From the NCBI GenBank assembly GCA_964418865.1, contig CAYQNT010000003.1, positions 18,641 to 63,298 of the forward strand: 44,658 bases of DNA. Reading direction: 5' to 3'. Both the position numbers and the translations under genes were made by a program. Shown here piece after piece: positions 35,747-44,658 of this stretch. Each line of letters opens with the position of its first letter. The stretch's first letter is position 1. This DNA comes from an uncultured Rikenella sp. (GTDB taxonomy: Bacteria; Bacteroidota; Bacteroidia; Bacteroidales; VadinHA17). The notes under the pieces were generated by a model. It was given only the letters and a program-made list of their open reading frames with translations, did not search any database and had not been told where the DNA came from.

Positions 35747-37270
35747 ATGACTGATAAATATAATCCCGGGTTTGACAATGAGAAATATCTCAGTGAGCAG
35801 ACTGAATCCATCCTTGAAAGAGTAGGCCGTTTCAACAACAAGCTATACATCGAGTTTGGAGGCAAGCTCATGTTTGATTTTCACGCGGCGAGGGTGCTGC
35901 CGGGATACGATCCCAACGTCAAGATGCGCCTGCTGCAGATGCTGAAAGACAAGATCGACGTGATCCTCTGTATCCATGCAGGTGATATTGAGAGGAAGAA
36001 GGTGAGGGCTGATTTCGGCATAACCTACGACGTTGACACGCTGAAAACCATTGACGACTTCAGGGAATGGGGGATAGAGGTCACGGCCGTTGTCATCACC
36101 CGCTACAAGAACCAGCATCCGGCAAAAGCTTTTAAGAATAAGCTTGAGCACAGGGGTGTAAAGGTTTATCTCCATTACCCTACCAAAGGATACCCGACGG
36201 ATGTTGACATGATAGTGAGCGACGAGGGGTACGGTGCTAATGAATACATAAAGACCACCAATCCGATTGTTATTGTAACCGGTCCGGGGCCTGGCAGCGG
36301 CAAGCTGGCCACCTGCCTCTGTAACCTCTACCATGAGTACAGACACGGTGTCAAGGCAGGTTACGCCAAGTTTGAGACCTTCCCCATCTGGGATCTCCCC
36401 ATCGATCACATGGTGAACATAGCTTATGAGGCTGCCACCGTTGATCTCAGAGATGAGGTATTGATAGATAATTACCACGTGCAATTCTATGGGGCCCCGG
36501 CTGTTAATTACAACCGTGACATGGAAGCGTTTCACCTGCTGAAGAGGATATTAGAGAAGATCACCGGAGGGAAGTCAATGTACCAGTCGCCCACTGACAT
36601 GGGCGTCAACCGTGCCAGTTCCGGCATAGTGAATGATGCCGTCATCCGGGAGGCTTCATACCAGGAGATCATCCGACGTTACCTAAGGTGTTCCGTCGAG
36701 TACGCACTGGGGCTGGCTGACAAGGAGACCCTCGATCAGGCTGAGAGTATCATGCATAAGGTACACGCGAAGGCTGAAGACCGCAAAGTGGTCTTGCCAG
36801 CCAGAAAAGCTGCGAAAGATGCCGAGAAAAGTGGAAAAGGAAATGCAGGGATATACTGTGGAGCAGCCATCATGCTGCCTGACGGCACCATCATCACAGG
36901 CAAGAACTCGCCCCTGATGCATGCGGCGTCCAGCCTGGTGCTGAATGCCACCAAGCACCTGGCGGGGTTGCCTGACAGCCTGCTGCTACTGCCGAAAAAC
37001 CTCATCGACTCAGTCACCTACCTTAAGAAGGATATACTAAACGGCAAGATGCTCAGCCTTGACGTAGATGAGACACTTATACTACTGGGAATCAGTGCAC
37101 TGACAAATCCTGCTGCACAGGCAGCTCTGGAGACACTAAAGCATCTCCGTAACTGTGAGGTACATCTGACGCACATACCGACCCCTGGGGATGAGGCTGG
37201 ATTGCGGAAACTGAATGTCAGGGTGACATGTGATCCGCAGCACTCAAGCAAAAGTTTGTTTATCAGCTGA
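35747..37270 (+). CDS. UPF0371 / DUF1846 family protein (function unknown)
   Basis: 507 aa. FDNEKYLSEQTESILERV...KLYIEFGGKLMFDFHAARVLPGYDPNVKMRLLQ is the conserved N-terminus of this family. Confidence 0.75.
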   Translation: MTDKYNPGFDNEKYLSEQTESILERVGRFNNKLYIEFGGKLMFDFHAARVLPGYDPNVKMRLLQMLKDKIDVILCIHAGDIERKKVRADFGITYDVDTLKTIDDFREWGIEVTAVVITRYKNQHPAKAFKNKLEHRGVKVYLHYPTKGYPTDVDMIVSDEGYGANEYIKTTNPIVIVTGPGPGSGKLATCLCNLYHEYRHGVKAGYAKFETFPIWDLPIDHMVNIAYEAATVDLRDEVLIDNYHVQFYGAPAVNYNRDMEAFHLLKRILEKITGGKSMYQSPTDMGVNRASSGIVNDAVIREASYQEIIRRYLRCSVEYALGLADKETLDQAESIMHKVHAKAEDRKVVLPARKAAKDAEKSGKGNAGIYCGAAIMLPDGTIITGKNSPLMHAASSLVLNATKHLAGLPDSLLLLPKNLIDSVTYLKKDILNGKMLSLDVDETLILLGISALTNPAAQAALETLKHLRNCEVHLTHIPTPGDEAGLRKLNVRVTCDPQHSSKSLFIS

Positions 37271-37292
37271 TTGGAACTCCTCACAGCAAGCT

Positions 37293-37356
37293 GCGAGAGA
37301 TCAGGCCGGTGAGAGATTAGGCCTACGAGAGACCGGGCCTGCGAGTTCGGCAAAGC
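37293..37356. repeat. 16-nt-period tandem repeat (about 4 units) between convergent genes
   Basis: Units are gcgagagatcaggccg / gtgagagattaggcct / acgagagaccgggcct / gcgagttcggcaaagc. Confidence 0.8.
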
Positions 37357-37406
37357 CAATGCGGTCTCACGATTCAAACAACACATTTAGCTATTGCTCC
37401 CGACTC

Positions 37407-37751
37407 TCAGCTTCGCATAAAACGATGGCGGTTGCGGGCAACAAGGCGATAGAGGTAGTCGCGTATGAAAGAAGGGATGATGACCAGAGGGTATAAGAGT
37501 CTCCACCCCCCTCCCATGTCTTTGAGGATGCGCAGAACAGCTGATGAGCGCAGGTAATGATGATCTGATTTTTCATAGACAATAGTATCGGGGTCACGGT
37601 CAGAGAGACCGGCATGACGCAGCATCTGCCTTCCCTCGGCCGACTGCAACGGCACAAACCGGAAGGCGTTCTTCCTGTCGCGTTTACGGATGAAATGCAC
37701 CTGATTATTACATAGGTTGCAGTTGCTGTCATAAAGTACCGTTCCGCTCAT
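37407..37751 (-). CDS. Thiol-disulfide oxidoreductase, DCC family (DUF393)
   Basis: 114 aa with N-terminal VLYDSNCNLCN (DxxCxxC) and FRFVPLQS. Confidence 0.8.
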   Translation of the reverse strand: MSGTVLYDSNCNLCNNQVHFIRKRDRKNAFRFVPLQSAEGRQMLRHAGLSDRDPDTIVYEKSDHHYLRSSAVLRILKDMGGGWRLLYPLVIIPSFIRDYLYRLVARNRHRFMRS

Positions 37752-37898
37752 TGAGTTTCAACAGAGGGACGGCCCAATTGTTCAAGAAACCGGCAGAAGG
37801 CAATGATGTGACCTACCCTGGTGACACGCATCTTAAAAAGTTTGTCTCTTTAATGTAATAAAATAGATACTTGTGTTACTTTATAATAAAGATTTGAA

Positions 37899-38402
37899 AT
37901 GAAATCGCTGAAAGAAGATTTTCTCAGCATATTATCAAACTACCAGGGGATACTCCATAAAGTTAACCTGATCTATTTCCGCAGCCAGTCTGACCGCGAA
38001 GATAATTTTCAGGAGATCGTTTACCAGCTGTGGAAATCATTCCCCGGACTTCATGACCGGGAAAAGATCGGCTCATGGATCTATGCCGTCTCAATAAACA
38101 CATCGATCTCGAAAATCAGGAAAGAATCGCGGATGGAGTACCGTGAAGAGATGCCGGATATCACTGACAGGATTGATATAGCGGAGGAGATGGCATTAAA
38201 TGAAAGGTACCGTCTCCTTTTGGAGGCTATATATAACCTTAATCAGATCGACAAGACCATCATGCTCCTCTATCTTGAGGAGAGAAGCTATGACGAGATT
38301 TCAGACATCATTGGGATCACTAAGTCAAATGTGGGAGTGCGTATCAACCGGGCAAAAGAATTATTGAAAAAGACCTTAAATATACACGGCAATGGAAGAT
38401 AA
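37899..38402 (+). CDS. ECF-type RNA polymerase sigma-70 factor
   Basis: 167 aa. The region-2-like sequence is DREDNFQEIVYQLWKS...WIYAVSINTSI. The region-4 HTH is SYDEISDIIGITKSNVGVRINRAKELLKK. Confidence 0.8.
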   Translation: MKSLKEDFLSILSNYQGILHKVNLIYFRSQSDREDNFQEIVYQLWKSFPGLHDREKIGSWIYAVSINTSISKIRKESRMEYREEMPDITDRIDIAEEMALNERYRLLLEAIYNLNQIDKTIMLLYLEERSYDEISDIIGITKSNVGVRINRAKELLKKTLNIHGNGR

Positions 38403-39009
38403 AGAATTACAGGAGATTTGGAGAAGTGCAGACAGCAAAATCCATCAGAGATCCAAAGAAGAGATTAATCTGCTTCTTAACTCCGTGACAAGACAGACCA
38501 TGAACAAATTCCTGCTTATTCTGGGATTTGGGATTCTTAGCAGCGCAGGTTTGCTGATATTTCTTACTGTGGCATCAATCGGGAGGTATAACGATGTGTT
38601 ATTTATCATTAATAACATCCTTCTTGGCCTGATAGCCATCATATCACTTATATCGGCTTTGGCATCATGGGTAAGACTGCAGAAGAGGGAATACCACCAG
38701 TCTCTTAAAAGCTGGCTGGAAGAGAAGATCACTTATCTGAGAAAAATGGTCAGGGGGAAGACGCAAAAGACCTATGTCATCATTTTGCCTGTCATTTATA
38801 TACTAACTGTCCTGGCAATTCATGTCTATTATGAGAACAAGCCCTTTCTTGAGGTACTTCAAACGGAAGAATCTGTTATCGGTTTGATCGTAGGTGCTCC
38901 TGTCGGACTTCTTGTCGCATTCCTTGCAGTAAGGAAGATACATAAGCATCAGCGCGCCAATCTGGAGTTTCTGGAAGACTTGTACACTCGCCTGACCATG
39001 GATGCGTAG
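38392..39009 (+). CDS. Membrane protein, putative cognate anti-sigma / partner of the ECF sigma factor
   Basis: 205 aa with about 4 predicted TM helices. Overlaps the sigma gene by 11 nt. No recognisable catalytic motif. Confidence 0.45.
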   Translation: MEDKELQEIWRSADSKIHQRSKEEINLLLNSVTRQTMNKFLLILGFGILSSAGLLIFLTVASIGRYNDVLFIINNILLGLIAIISLISALASWVRLQKREYHQSLKSWLEEKITYLRKMVRGKTQKTYVIILPVIYILTVLAIHVYYENKPFLEVLQTEESVIGLIVGAPVGLLVAFLAVRKIHKHQRANLEFLEDLYTRLTMDA

Positions 39010-39406
39010 CTGTGGGATAACCAACCCCGGCTCCGATGAAAGTAAACAGATTATCTCCGGTTGCTGAAATAGTACTGCTTCAGCCATGCCCTGTACAAAG
39101 GGTCAAGAAATTCAAGTCGGCCATTTAGCACATCTATTATCTCTCTGGAGATCAACGCGCTTTTAATTCTCAGAATATTACCGGGAGTGCCAAGCCGATA
39201 GTCAATACAAAACGACCGGTTAATATACAAATATATATAATACTCTTTTGTATAGTACTCTTCTGTATATCAATTCTTCTTTTACCGTTGGCCGGCAACT
39301 GATCAGAGGCGAGAGGCATAATTATGTTCAGGCAACCGGGACAAAATAAAGACTTCAGTTCTTTAGATTAATCTCAACAAATTTTTCATTATCTTCGTCA
39401 TATTAA

Positions 39407-39958
39407 ATGACTATTATCTATATGGCTGATATTCAGACACTCTATCAGGATGCAATCAGGTTTGCTGCGGAGAAGCACGGCCCGCAAAAAGTAAAAGGTT
39501 CAAAAAATCCATATGTTGTTCACCTGAGTAATGTGGCTATGGAGCTATTTGTGGCTGCCCGTCACACTCCCGGATTTGACCTGTCGCTTGCACTGCAGGT
39601 AGCACTGCTGCATGACACCATTAAAGACACGCAGACAACAAGAGCGGAACTGGAGACAAGCTTTTGCAAGGATGTCGCCGACGGGGTGTGGGCCTTGACA
39701 AGGGATCCCAAGCTGCTGGAAGATTACAGGCTGACAGACAGCCTGGCGAAGATCAGCCAGTGCCCGAGAGAGGTGTGGGCGGCGAAGCTGGCCGACAGAA
39801 TAACCAACCTGCAGCCGCCTCCAAAAAGTTGGAGTAAGAGCCAGATAAGAGAGTATATGTTCGACTCAAAACAGATACTTGACGCTCTGAGGGGAGCTAA
39901 CCAGTACCTCGAGAAAAGACTTGAGGCGAAAATCGAAGGATATAACAAGTACCTGTGA
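39407..39958 (+). CDS. HD-domain phosphohydrolase, small (p)ppGpp-hydrolase-like
   Basis: 183 aa. AIRFAAEKHGPQKVKGSKNPYVVHLSNVA and ALLHDTIKDT (the HD dyad) resemble RelA/SpoT-type hydrolase domains. Confidence 0.6.
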   Translation: MTIIYMADIQTLYQDAIRFAAEKHGPQKVKGSKNPYVVHLSNVAMELFVAARHTPGFDLSLALQVALLHDTIKDTQTTRAELETSFCKDVADGVWALTRDPKLLEDYRLTDSLAKISQCPREVWAAKLADRITNLQPPPKSWSKSQIREYMFDSKQILDALRGANQYLEKRLEAKIEGYNKYL

Positions 39959-39967
39959 TTGGGGGCA

Positions 39968-40052
39968 GGTCCGAAGGTCTGAGGGTCTCAAGGTCCGAAG
40001 GTGAGGACTGAAGACTGAAGACTGAGGGCTGAGAACTGAGGGCTGAGAACTG
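39968..40052. repeat. Purine-rich short-period repeat filling the whole spacer between two genes
   Basis: Octads ggtccgaa/ggtctgag/ggtctcaa/ggtccgaa come first. Heptads ctgaaga/ctgaaga/ctgaggg/ctgagaa/ctgaggg/ctgagaa/ctga follow and run straight into the ATG at 40053. The tract shares a 21-nt exact inverted match with 1504-1531. Confidence 0.9.
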
Positions 40053-40748
40053 ATGGTGACGTTTGCAGAGAGGGTAATAGAATTCAACAGAACAGTAGAT
40101 TTCAATGGCAGACTGCCTGATGGGATCAGTATAATGAACCCCTTCAGGGGCGATGACGATTACATACTAAAGATCTCCTCCTCCTTCTACAGAAAATTTT
40201 ACAATGACAACAACCCGAGACACCTGATACTGGGTATTAATCCTGGCAGGTTCGGAGCGGGGTTTACCGGGGTACCATTTACAGACACCAAGCGCCTGGC
40301 CAATGAATGTGGCATAAGCTATTCGGGCAGGCAGACCCATGAGCCATCATCAGTTTTTGTCTATGAGGTAATAAAAGCGTATGGTGGCACTGAGAGGTTC
40401 TACGGCGACTTCTACATTACTTCCATAAGTCCGCTTGGCTTTACACAGGTTGGTGCTAACGGCAGGGAGACCAACTTCAACTACTATGACCGTAAGGACC
40501 TGACAGAGGCAGTTTATGACTTCATGGTTGACAACATACGCACACAGATAGCCATGGGGGTTGCTACTGACCTCTGCTTCTGTCTTGGCACAGGTAAAAA
40601 TGAGAAATTTCTGCGCACACTGAATGAACAGTACGGCTTCTTCGGGAAGGTAGTCGCCCTGGAACACCCGAGGTTTGTGATGCAGTACAGGGCACACTAT
40701 TTGCAAGAGTATATTGACAAATATATACGAACACTGGCATTCACATGA
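40053..40748 (+). CDS. Uracil-DNA glycosylase superfamily protein (SMUG-like / DUF4918-like)
   Basis: 231 aa with UDG motif-1-like LILGINPGRFGAGFTGVPFTD and motif-2-like ALEHPRFV. Confidence 0.55.
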   Translation: MVTFAERVIEFNRTVDFNGRLPDGISIMNPFRGDDDYILKISSSFYRKFYNDNNPRHLILGINPGRFGAGFTGVPFTDTKRLANECGISYSGRQTHEPSSVFVYEVIKAYGGTERFYGDFYITSISPLGFTQVGANGRETNFNYYDRKDLTEAVYDFMVDNIRTQIAMGVATDLCFCLGTGKNEKFLRTLNEQYGFFGKVVALEHPRFVMQYRAHYLQEYIDKYIRTLAFT

Positions 40749-40793
40749 TTTTGCCAGTACCGGATGCCACTGCACAGTACAACAGAGTGTGAA

Positions 40794-41240
40794 ATGAAAA
40801 TGAACCATAATTCAATATATCTTAGTATTATCCTTCTGATTCTGCTTAATGCAACGGGACTGAACGCACAGAATGTGGAGGTCACTATTACCGGCATAAA
40901 ATCACAAAAGGGTCAGATGGTCGTTGGCGTCTTCACTGACGATCTTAGCTTCCACAAGGAGCATGGAATCCTTAAAACAATGGTTCCAAAGACAAACCTA
41001 TCAGATGGAACAATGACTTTCAGCCTCTCACTGGAGCCGGGCTTATACGGCCTGTCAGTACTTGATGATGAGAACTGTGATGGGAAGATGGATTATGGAA
41101 TGCTCGGCATGCCGAAAGAGGGATTCGGTTTCTCCGATTATTATCATACCGGCTTAAAAAAACCGAAGTTTGACTCCTTCAAGTTCACAGTCGACAGTGA
41201 TCAGGTCAAAAAGATTATTGTAAAAATGAGGTATTTCTGA
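40794..41240 (+). CDS. DUF2141 domain-containing secreted protein
   Basis: ATG at 40794 gives the signal peptide MKMNHNSIYLSIILLILLNATGLNAQ. The core GLYGLSVLDDENCDGKMDYGMLGMPKEGFGFSD matches the DUF2141 pattern. Confidence 0.7.
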   Translation: MKMNHNSIYLSIILLILLNATGLNAQNVEVTITGIKSQKGQMVVGVFTDDLSFHKEHGILKTMVPKTNLSDGTMTFSLSLEPGLYGLSVLDDENCDGKMDYGMLGMPKEGFGFSDYYHTGLKKPKFDSFKFTVDSDQVKKIIVKMRYF

Positions 41241-41495
41241 TAATGTCTTGTCAGCCTTGTACAGTGATTCCCCCTGCTGCCCTTGAACATCAGAAGTGAT
41301 AATTTCAAACAATTGCCAGACTGGCTTGTTTAATCAGCAGGAAACAAAGCAGTGCCCCCCCCATCAGTGAATTGCTGATAAACGAAATCATCGTTATTCT
41401 TAATGACCGGAAAGGGGCATCCGATAAATGATGGCAAATGATAACTTTGATTTGTCACTTATCAGTTTAAATAGGTTTGATTAATTTAAGTATAG

Positions 41496-43322
41496 ATGGA
41501 TAAGATTCAAGACAATAGCAGCAGGTGGAAAAGAAATAACCTCTCCAACTCTTCATCACCTTACCTGCGGCAGCATGCCGGCAATCCGATATGGTGGCAG
41601 GAATGGAGCAGGGAGACACTTGACCATGCCGTAGCTGAGAGCAAGCCTCTTTTTGTCTCTGTAGGATATGCTACATGTCACTGGTGCCATGTGATGGCTG
41701 CCGAAGCCTTTTCTGACATAGAAACTGCTGATTTTCTGAATGACAACTTCATCAGCATAAAGATCGACCGTGAGCAGCGTCCTGACATCGACCAGTACAT
41801 GATGAATTTTATCCAGTCGCAGACTGGCAGCGGTGGATGGCCGCTGAACGTCTTCCTTACATCGGATCTCAAGCCCGTACACGCTCTCACCTATGCTCCT
41901 GCAACAAGTTCAGGCAACCATTACTCTTTCCTTTACATAGCCCGGGAAGTCGTTGAGTTTATTCATTCACGGGGCGACGGCATCATGACCTTCAGCGTAG
42001 GCGAACAGGAGGCTCCGGAGGCTGACAAAGAACAAATCATCAATGACCTTGCTGAGTATTATGACAACGAATATGGAGGTTTTGGTGCAGGTCAGAAATT
42101 CCCTCCTCACTCCACCCTACTCTTCATGCTCTATAACCTGACTATCCGTGACAACGAAATCATCCGGGAGATGGTCACCTCCACCCTTGATATCATGATG
42201 CTGCGGGGGCTGAATGACCACCTTCAGGGAGGGATATACCGTTACTGTACCGACCGCAACTGGACGATACCTCACTTCGAAAAGATGCTTTATGACCAGG
42301 CTATGGCACTGTGGACATACTCACTGGCATCAAGGTTAACAGGGAAGGACGAATACCGTGTCATGGCCGTGAAGATACTGAAGAGCCTCAGCGATACCTT
42401 TGAAATCGACGGACTCTATGCCTCTGCATTCAACGCTGATACCCAGCATAAGGAGGGCGCAACATATCTCTGGAGTGAGAGTGAGATTAAAAGCGTGCTG
42501 ACGCCTGAAGAGTTCAGAAAGTTGTGTGAGGTATATGAGATATCTGCGGAGGGCAACTTCGAGGGGCTCAACCATCTCCTGAGAAAGAACAGCGAGAGAA
42601 TTGACCCTATTGAAGAGAAGCTTCTGGCAATACGACGACAGCGCTGCCAGCCTTCGCGTGACGATAAGATCCTCAGCGGCCTCAACGCACTGACAGCCAT
42701 TGGCTTGATACAGGCAGGACGGCATCTCGGCAGACCTGACCTGGAAGGAAAGGCTGCAGAGCTTGTCTGGAAATTACTGGAGACATTCTGGGATGGCTCA
42801 TCGCTGGCACACTCATGCTTCGACGGCGTTCTTCAGCGGCAGAGTTTCCTGTCAGATGCCGGGACGATGCTCCTGGCCATTACCATGCTCTATGAGACAG
42901 ACGGATCATGGGGAGAAACAATGACAGTAATGGCTGACTATGTGAGGTCATTCCGCGAAGATGACAGTTGGATTGAATCAGATGCTGATGATTTCCTTAA
43001 GATCTATGCTTCATGGTTTGATCACCCGACTCCTTCATCAGTCAGCCTGGCGGAGATGGGCCTGACGCGCTATGCACTCCTCACCGGGGCTGATGTCACA
43101 AGCGCTGATGTCGCCAAGGCTCTGTATCGCAGACCTCACCAGTCAGATTTTTATAATATTAATGTCCTCTTGGCGGAGGATAAGTTTCATCTGTACACAA
43201 CGAAACAGCCGGTGGCATGGGAGCAGATTCCGCCTAACTCGCTTCAAAAGAGAGGTGAGCCTGAGAGCGTTTGCTACGATAAGGCTTGCCGGATGTGGGA
43301 AGCACCTACTTTACCGGATTAG
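41496..43322 (+). CDS. Thioredoxin-domain protein (DUF255 / YyaL-type) with C-terminal (alpha/alpha)6-like region
   Basis: 608 aa with SPYLRQHAGNPIWWQEW...KPLFVSVGYATCHWCHVM...SIKIDREQRPDID. Confidence 0.8.
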   Translation: MDKIQDNSSRWKRNNLSNSSSPYLRQHAGNPIWWQEWSRETLDHAVAESKPLFVSVGYATCHWCHVMAAEAFSDIETADFLNDNFISIKIDREQRPDIDQYMMNFIQSQTGSGGWPLNVFLTSDLKPVHALTYAPATSSGNHYSFLYIAREVVEFIHSRGDGIMTFSVGEQEAPEADKEQIINDLAEYYDNEYGGFGAGQKFPPHSTLLFMLYNLTIRDNEIIREMVTSTLDIMMLRGLNDHLQGGIYRYCTDRNWTIPHFEKMLYDQAMALWTYSLASRLTGKDEYRVMAVKILKSLSDTFEIDGLYASAFNADTQHKEGATYLWSESEIKSVLTPEEFRKLCEVYEISAEGNFEGLNHLLRKNSERIDPIEEKLLAIRRQRCQPSRDDKILSGLNALTAIGLIQAGRHLGRPDLEGKAAELVWKLLETFWDGSSLAHSCFDGVLQRQSFLSDAGTMLLAITMLYETDGSWGETMTVMADYVRSFREDDSWIESDADDFLKIYASWFDHPTPSSVSLAEMGLTRYALLTGADVTSADVAKALYRRPHQSDFYNINVLLAEDKFHLYTTKQPVAWEQIPPNSLQKRGEPESVCYDKACRMWEAPTLPD

Positions 43323-43656
43323 GAATGATGCAGAGGAACTCGAAATCACTGTCGTACGGGTTCCGGAACTGGTGTAGGTCGTTCGGCTTCACGAACAGAC
43401 TCTGCCCCTCCTTTACTATATGATCATTCCCCTTCTCGTCAACGGCTATACCCTGCCCGCGCTCTATCTTGATGACATGCTCATAGTTATGCTGATGGTA
43501 AGGTGTGTTGCCACCTGGAGCAACAAAGAAGTGGCGCATGATAATATCTCCTGATCCGTCGTCAGACCCGATGAGTATTTTCATCCTGACCTTATTGGCA
43601 CCCTCCATCTGTACTTCAGGAGCCAAAATCTTTGCATTGGTGTTTATTTTCATCAC
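43306..43656 (-). CDS. Cupin-domain protein
   Basis: 116 aa with the cupin motif GGNTPYHQHNYEHVIKIERGQG...LHQFRN. Its 3' end overlaps the convergent gene by 17 nt. Confidence 0.7.
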   Translation of the reverse strand: MMKINTNAKILAPEVQMEGANKVRMKILIGSDDGSGDIIMRHFFVAPGGNTPYHQHNYEHVIKIERGQGIAVDEKGNDHIVKEGQSLFVKPNDLHQFRNPYDSDFEFLCIIPNPVK

Positions 43657-43813
43657 TATATATATTTTATTTCATGACTGCAACCTCAGACTCGTATCAA
43701 AGTCACCATAGAAACATTTTAGAGAGCCAAATGTTCCCGGTGTTGGGTACCGTCGGGGCAACTATCCTGCAAAAAAAATCCAACTATCTGCCGGTCATCA
43801 CCGCATCGCCGTG

Positions 43814-44536
43814 TCATGCTATGCCCAGCAGCCGTTTGCGGAAGAATCCCAGCAGTAACACCACAGCTACTACAACCAGGGCCACGGCTGCCATAATGAA
43901 GATGGCTCTGTTGTCAGCCTGCCTTTTTATCATTATCCCGGCGAATGCCCAGACTACAGCCAGCCCGATGAAGGGATTGTCAAGCCGCCAGATAGTGATG
44001 GCTACCAACAGGGCTCCAACGGTGATCATGATAATGGTCCAGGTCTGCTCTGATATGCCTGATCCGTCCCATCCATAGCTCACCAGCAACGCTGTCACAT
44101 TAGCTATGGTAGCGATGCATATCCAGCCGAGATAGACGCCAAAGGCCGCCTTGAAAAAACCGTATGGAAGGTCCTTGATGAAGATATTGATCCAGATAAG
44201 TGACACAAGCAGTCCGGCCATCAGTATCAATGACATCGGTAGCCGGCCATAGTGCCAGGCAGCTATCCAAAGTGCGTTGAAAACACATGAGAGACCAAAG
44301 ATCCATCCAATGCGCGCTATCACAGCCTGCTGGGAAGTGGTGAACTGCACCACGCAGAAGATGATCAGCAGAATGTAGATAACCCCCCAGATGGAGAAGG
44401 TCAGACCGGCAGGAGTAAAAAGATTGGGCAATGAATCAGATAGCTCGCCGGTACTTTTACCGTTGAGTGGTAATGCATTAGCCAGATAGTTCATTACTAT
44501 CATAACAGCAATAAAGAGTAGGTTTAGGTACTTCAT
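43814..44536 (-). CDS. Multi-pass membrane protein, tentatively TspO/MBR-related (Trp-rich)
   Basis: 240 aa with about 7 hydrophobic helices. The N-terminal NYLANALPLNGKSTGELSDSLPNLFTPAGLTFSIWGVIY resembles proteins I recall as annotated tryptophan-rich sensory protein. The function call is tentative. Confidence 0.4.
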   Translation of the reverse strand: MKYLNLLFIAVMIVMNYLANALPLNGKSTGELSDSLPNLFTPAGLTFSIWGVIYILLIIFCVVQFTTSQQAVIARIGWIFGLSCVFNALWIAAWHYGRLPMSLILMAGLLVSLIWINIFIKDLPYGFFKAAFGVYLGWICIATIANVTALLVSYGWDGSGISEQTWTIIMITVGALLVAITIWRLDNPFIGLAVVWAFAGIMIKRQADNRAIFIMAAVALVVVAVVLLLGFFRKRLLGIA

Positions 44537-44658
44537 ATGGTCACAAATTAAGTTTAACCTGATTGGTTCATATAGATGACTTAATCGCCCCCAGGGCTGA
44601 CAAAACGCTACGTAACTTTGTTTCTGTAAAATTGGATTTTATGAATTAGAAAAAGAAA

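Noticed and set aside
35843-36535. 230-aa minus-strand ORF. Similar long antisense ORFs occur at 36683-37386, 40350-40808, 42336-42725 and 43632-44078.
   Set aside because: All lie opposite conserved genes in the GC-richer part of the window, where long antisense frames are common. None has a recognisable motif.
37752-37898. ECF-type autoregulated promoter (GAAACC ... GTGAC) upstream of the sigma factor gene.
   Set aside because: The spacing and -10 element do not match any consensus well enough. It is pattern-matching on very short strings.
1504-40052. A 38.5-kb mobile element bounded by the inverted 21-nt match between the two heptamer repeats.
   Set aside because: There is no integrase, transposase, tRNA target or direct target duplication in the window. 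The matching sequence is low-complexity tandem repeat rather than a defined terminal inverted repeat.
43772-43795. Weak hairpin (ccggc/gttgg with two G-U pairs) plus a T8 run downstream of the 43814-44536 gene on the minus strand.
   Set aside because: The stem is only 5 bp with wobble pairs, so it is too weak to call a terminator with confidence.
1-44658. Defence, toxin-antitoxin, secretion or phage modules as the 'undescribed system'.
   Set aside because: I found no NTPase/nuclease/RT/methylase pairings, phage structural genes or TA-sized gene pairs. The only nuclease is a secreted SNase-family enzyme. Claiming such a system would be unsupported.

Overview
The window is a 44.7-kb chromosomal segment. 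I infer a Bacteroidota-like origin from several signals: a TonB-dependent receptor paired with a surface lipoprotein, a FISUMP-type remnant, TAnnTTTG promoter-like motifs, an ECF sigma pair and a CruF/CruC/CruD-type carotenoid operon. I support about 38 intact CDSs, 3 probable gene remnants, one cobalamin riboswitch, one clear terminator and several unusual short-period repeats.

Main blocks:
- 0-6.6 kb: an SDR, a secreted thermonuclease, an esterase, a four-domain CoA-disulfide-reductase/rhodanese/TusA/DsrE fusion preceded by a perfect CRP-type palindrome, and a methyltransferase.
- 7.0-15.7 kb: a single 2897-aa GT84+GH94 cyclic beta-1,2-glucan synthase homolog with no exporter nearby, followed by ogt and cls.
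- 18.2-20.7 kb: a DsrE-like protein and an Nramp-USP fusion transporter.
- 20.8-24.4 kb: a B12 uptake module (cobalamin riboswitch, btuB, BtuG-like beta-propeller lipoprotein) with a perfect 64-nt duplication over the btuB start region.
- 24.6-31.4 kb: a tightly coupled carotenoid operon (crtB, fused lycopene-cyclase domains, cruF-like, acyltransferase, GT2, an unknown lipoprotein, crtI, bcp) predicted to make a monocyclic carotenoid glycoside ester.
- 31.6-33.7 kb: a decayed arsenic island with intact arsM and an ACR3 that has an in-frame internal deletion.
- 33.9-44.6 kb: housekeeping-type genes (M28 peptidase, UPF0371, DCC, ECF sigma pair, HD hydrolase, UDG-superfamily protein, DUF2141, DUF255 thioredoxin-domain protein, cupin, membrane protein).

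I found no tRNA/rRNA genes, CRISPR arrays, transposases, integrases or recognisable defence or toxin systems. The least explained signals are the dispersed heptamer-period repeat family (1.5 kb and 40.0 kb), the duplicated btuB leader, the unknown lipoprotein inside the carotenoid operon and the orphan glucan synthase.
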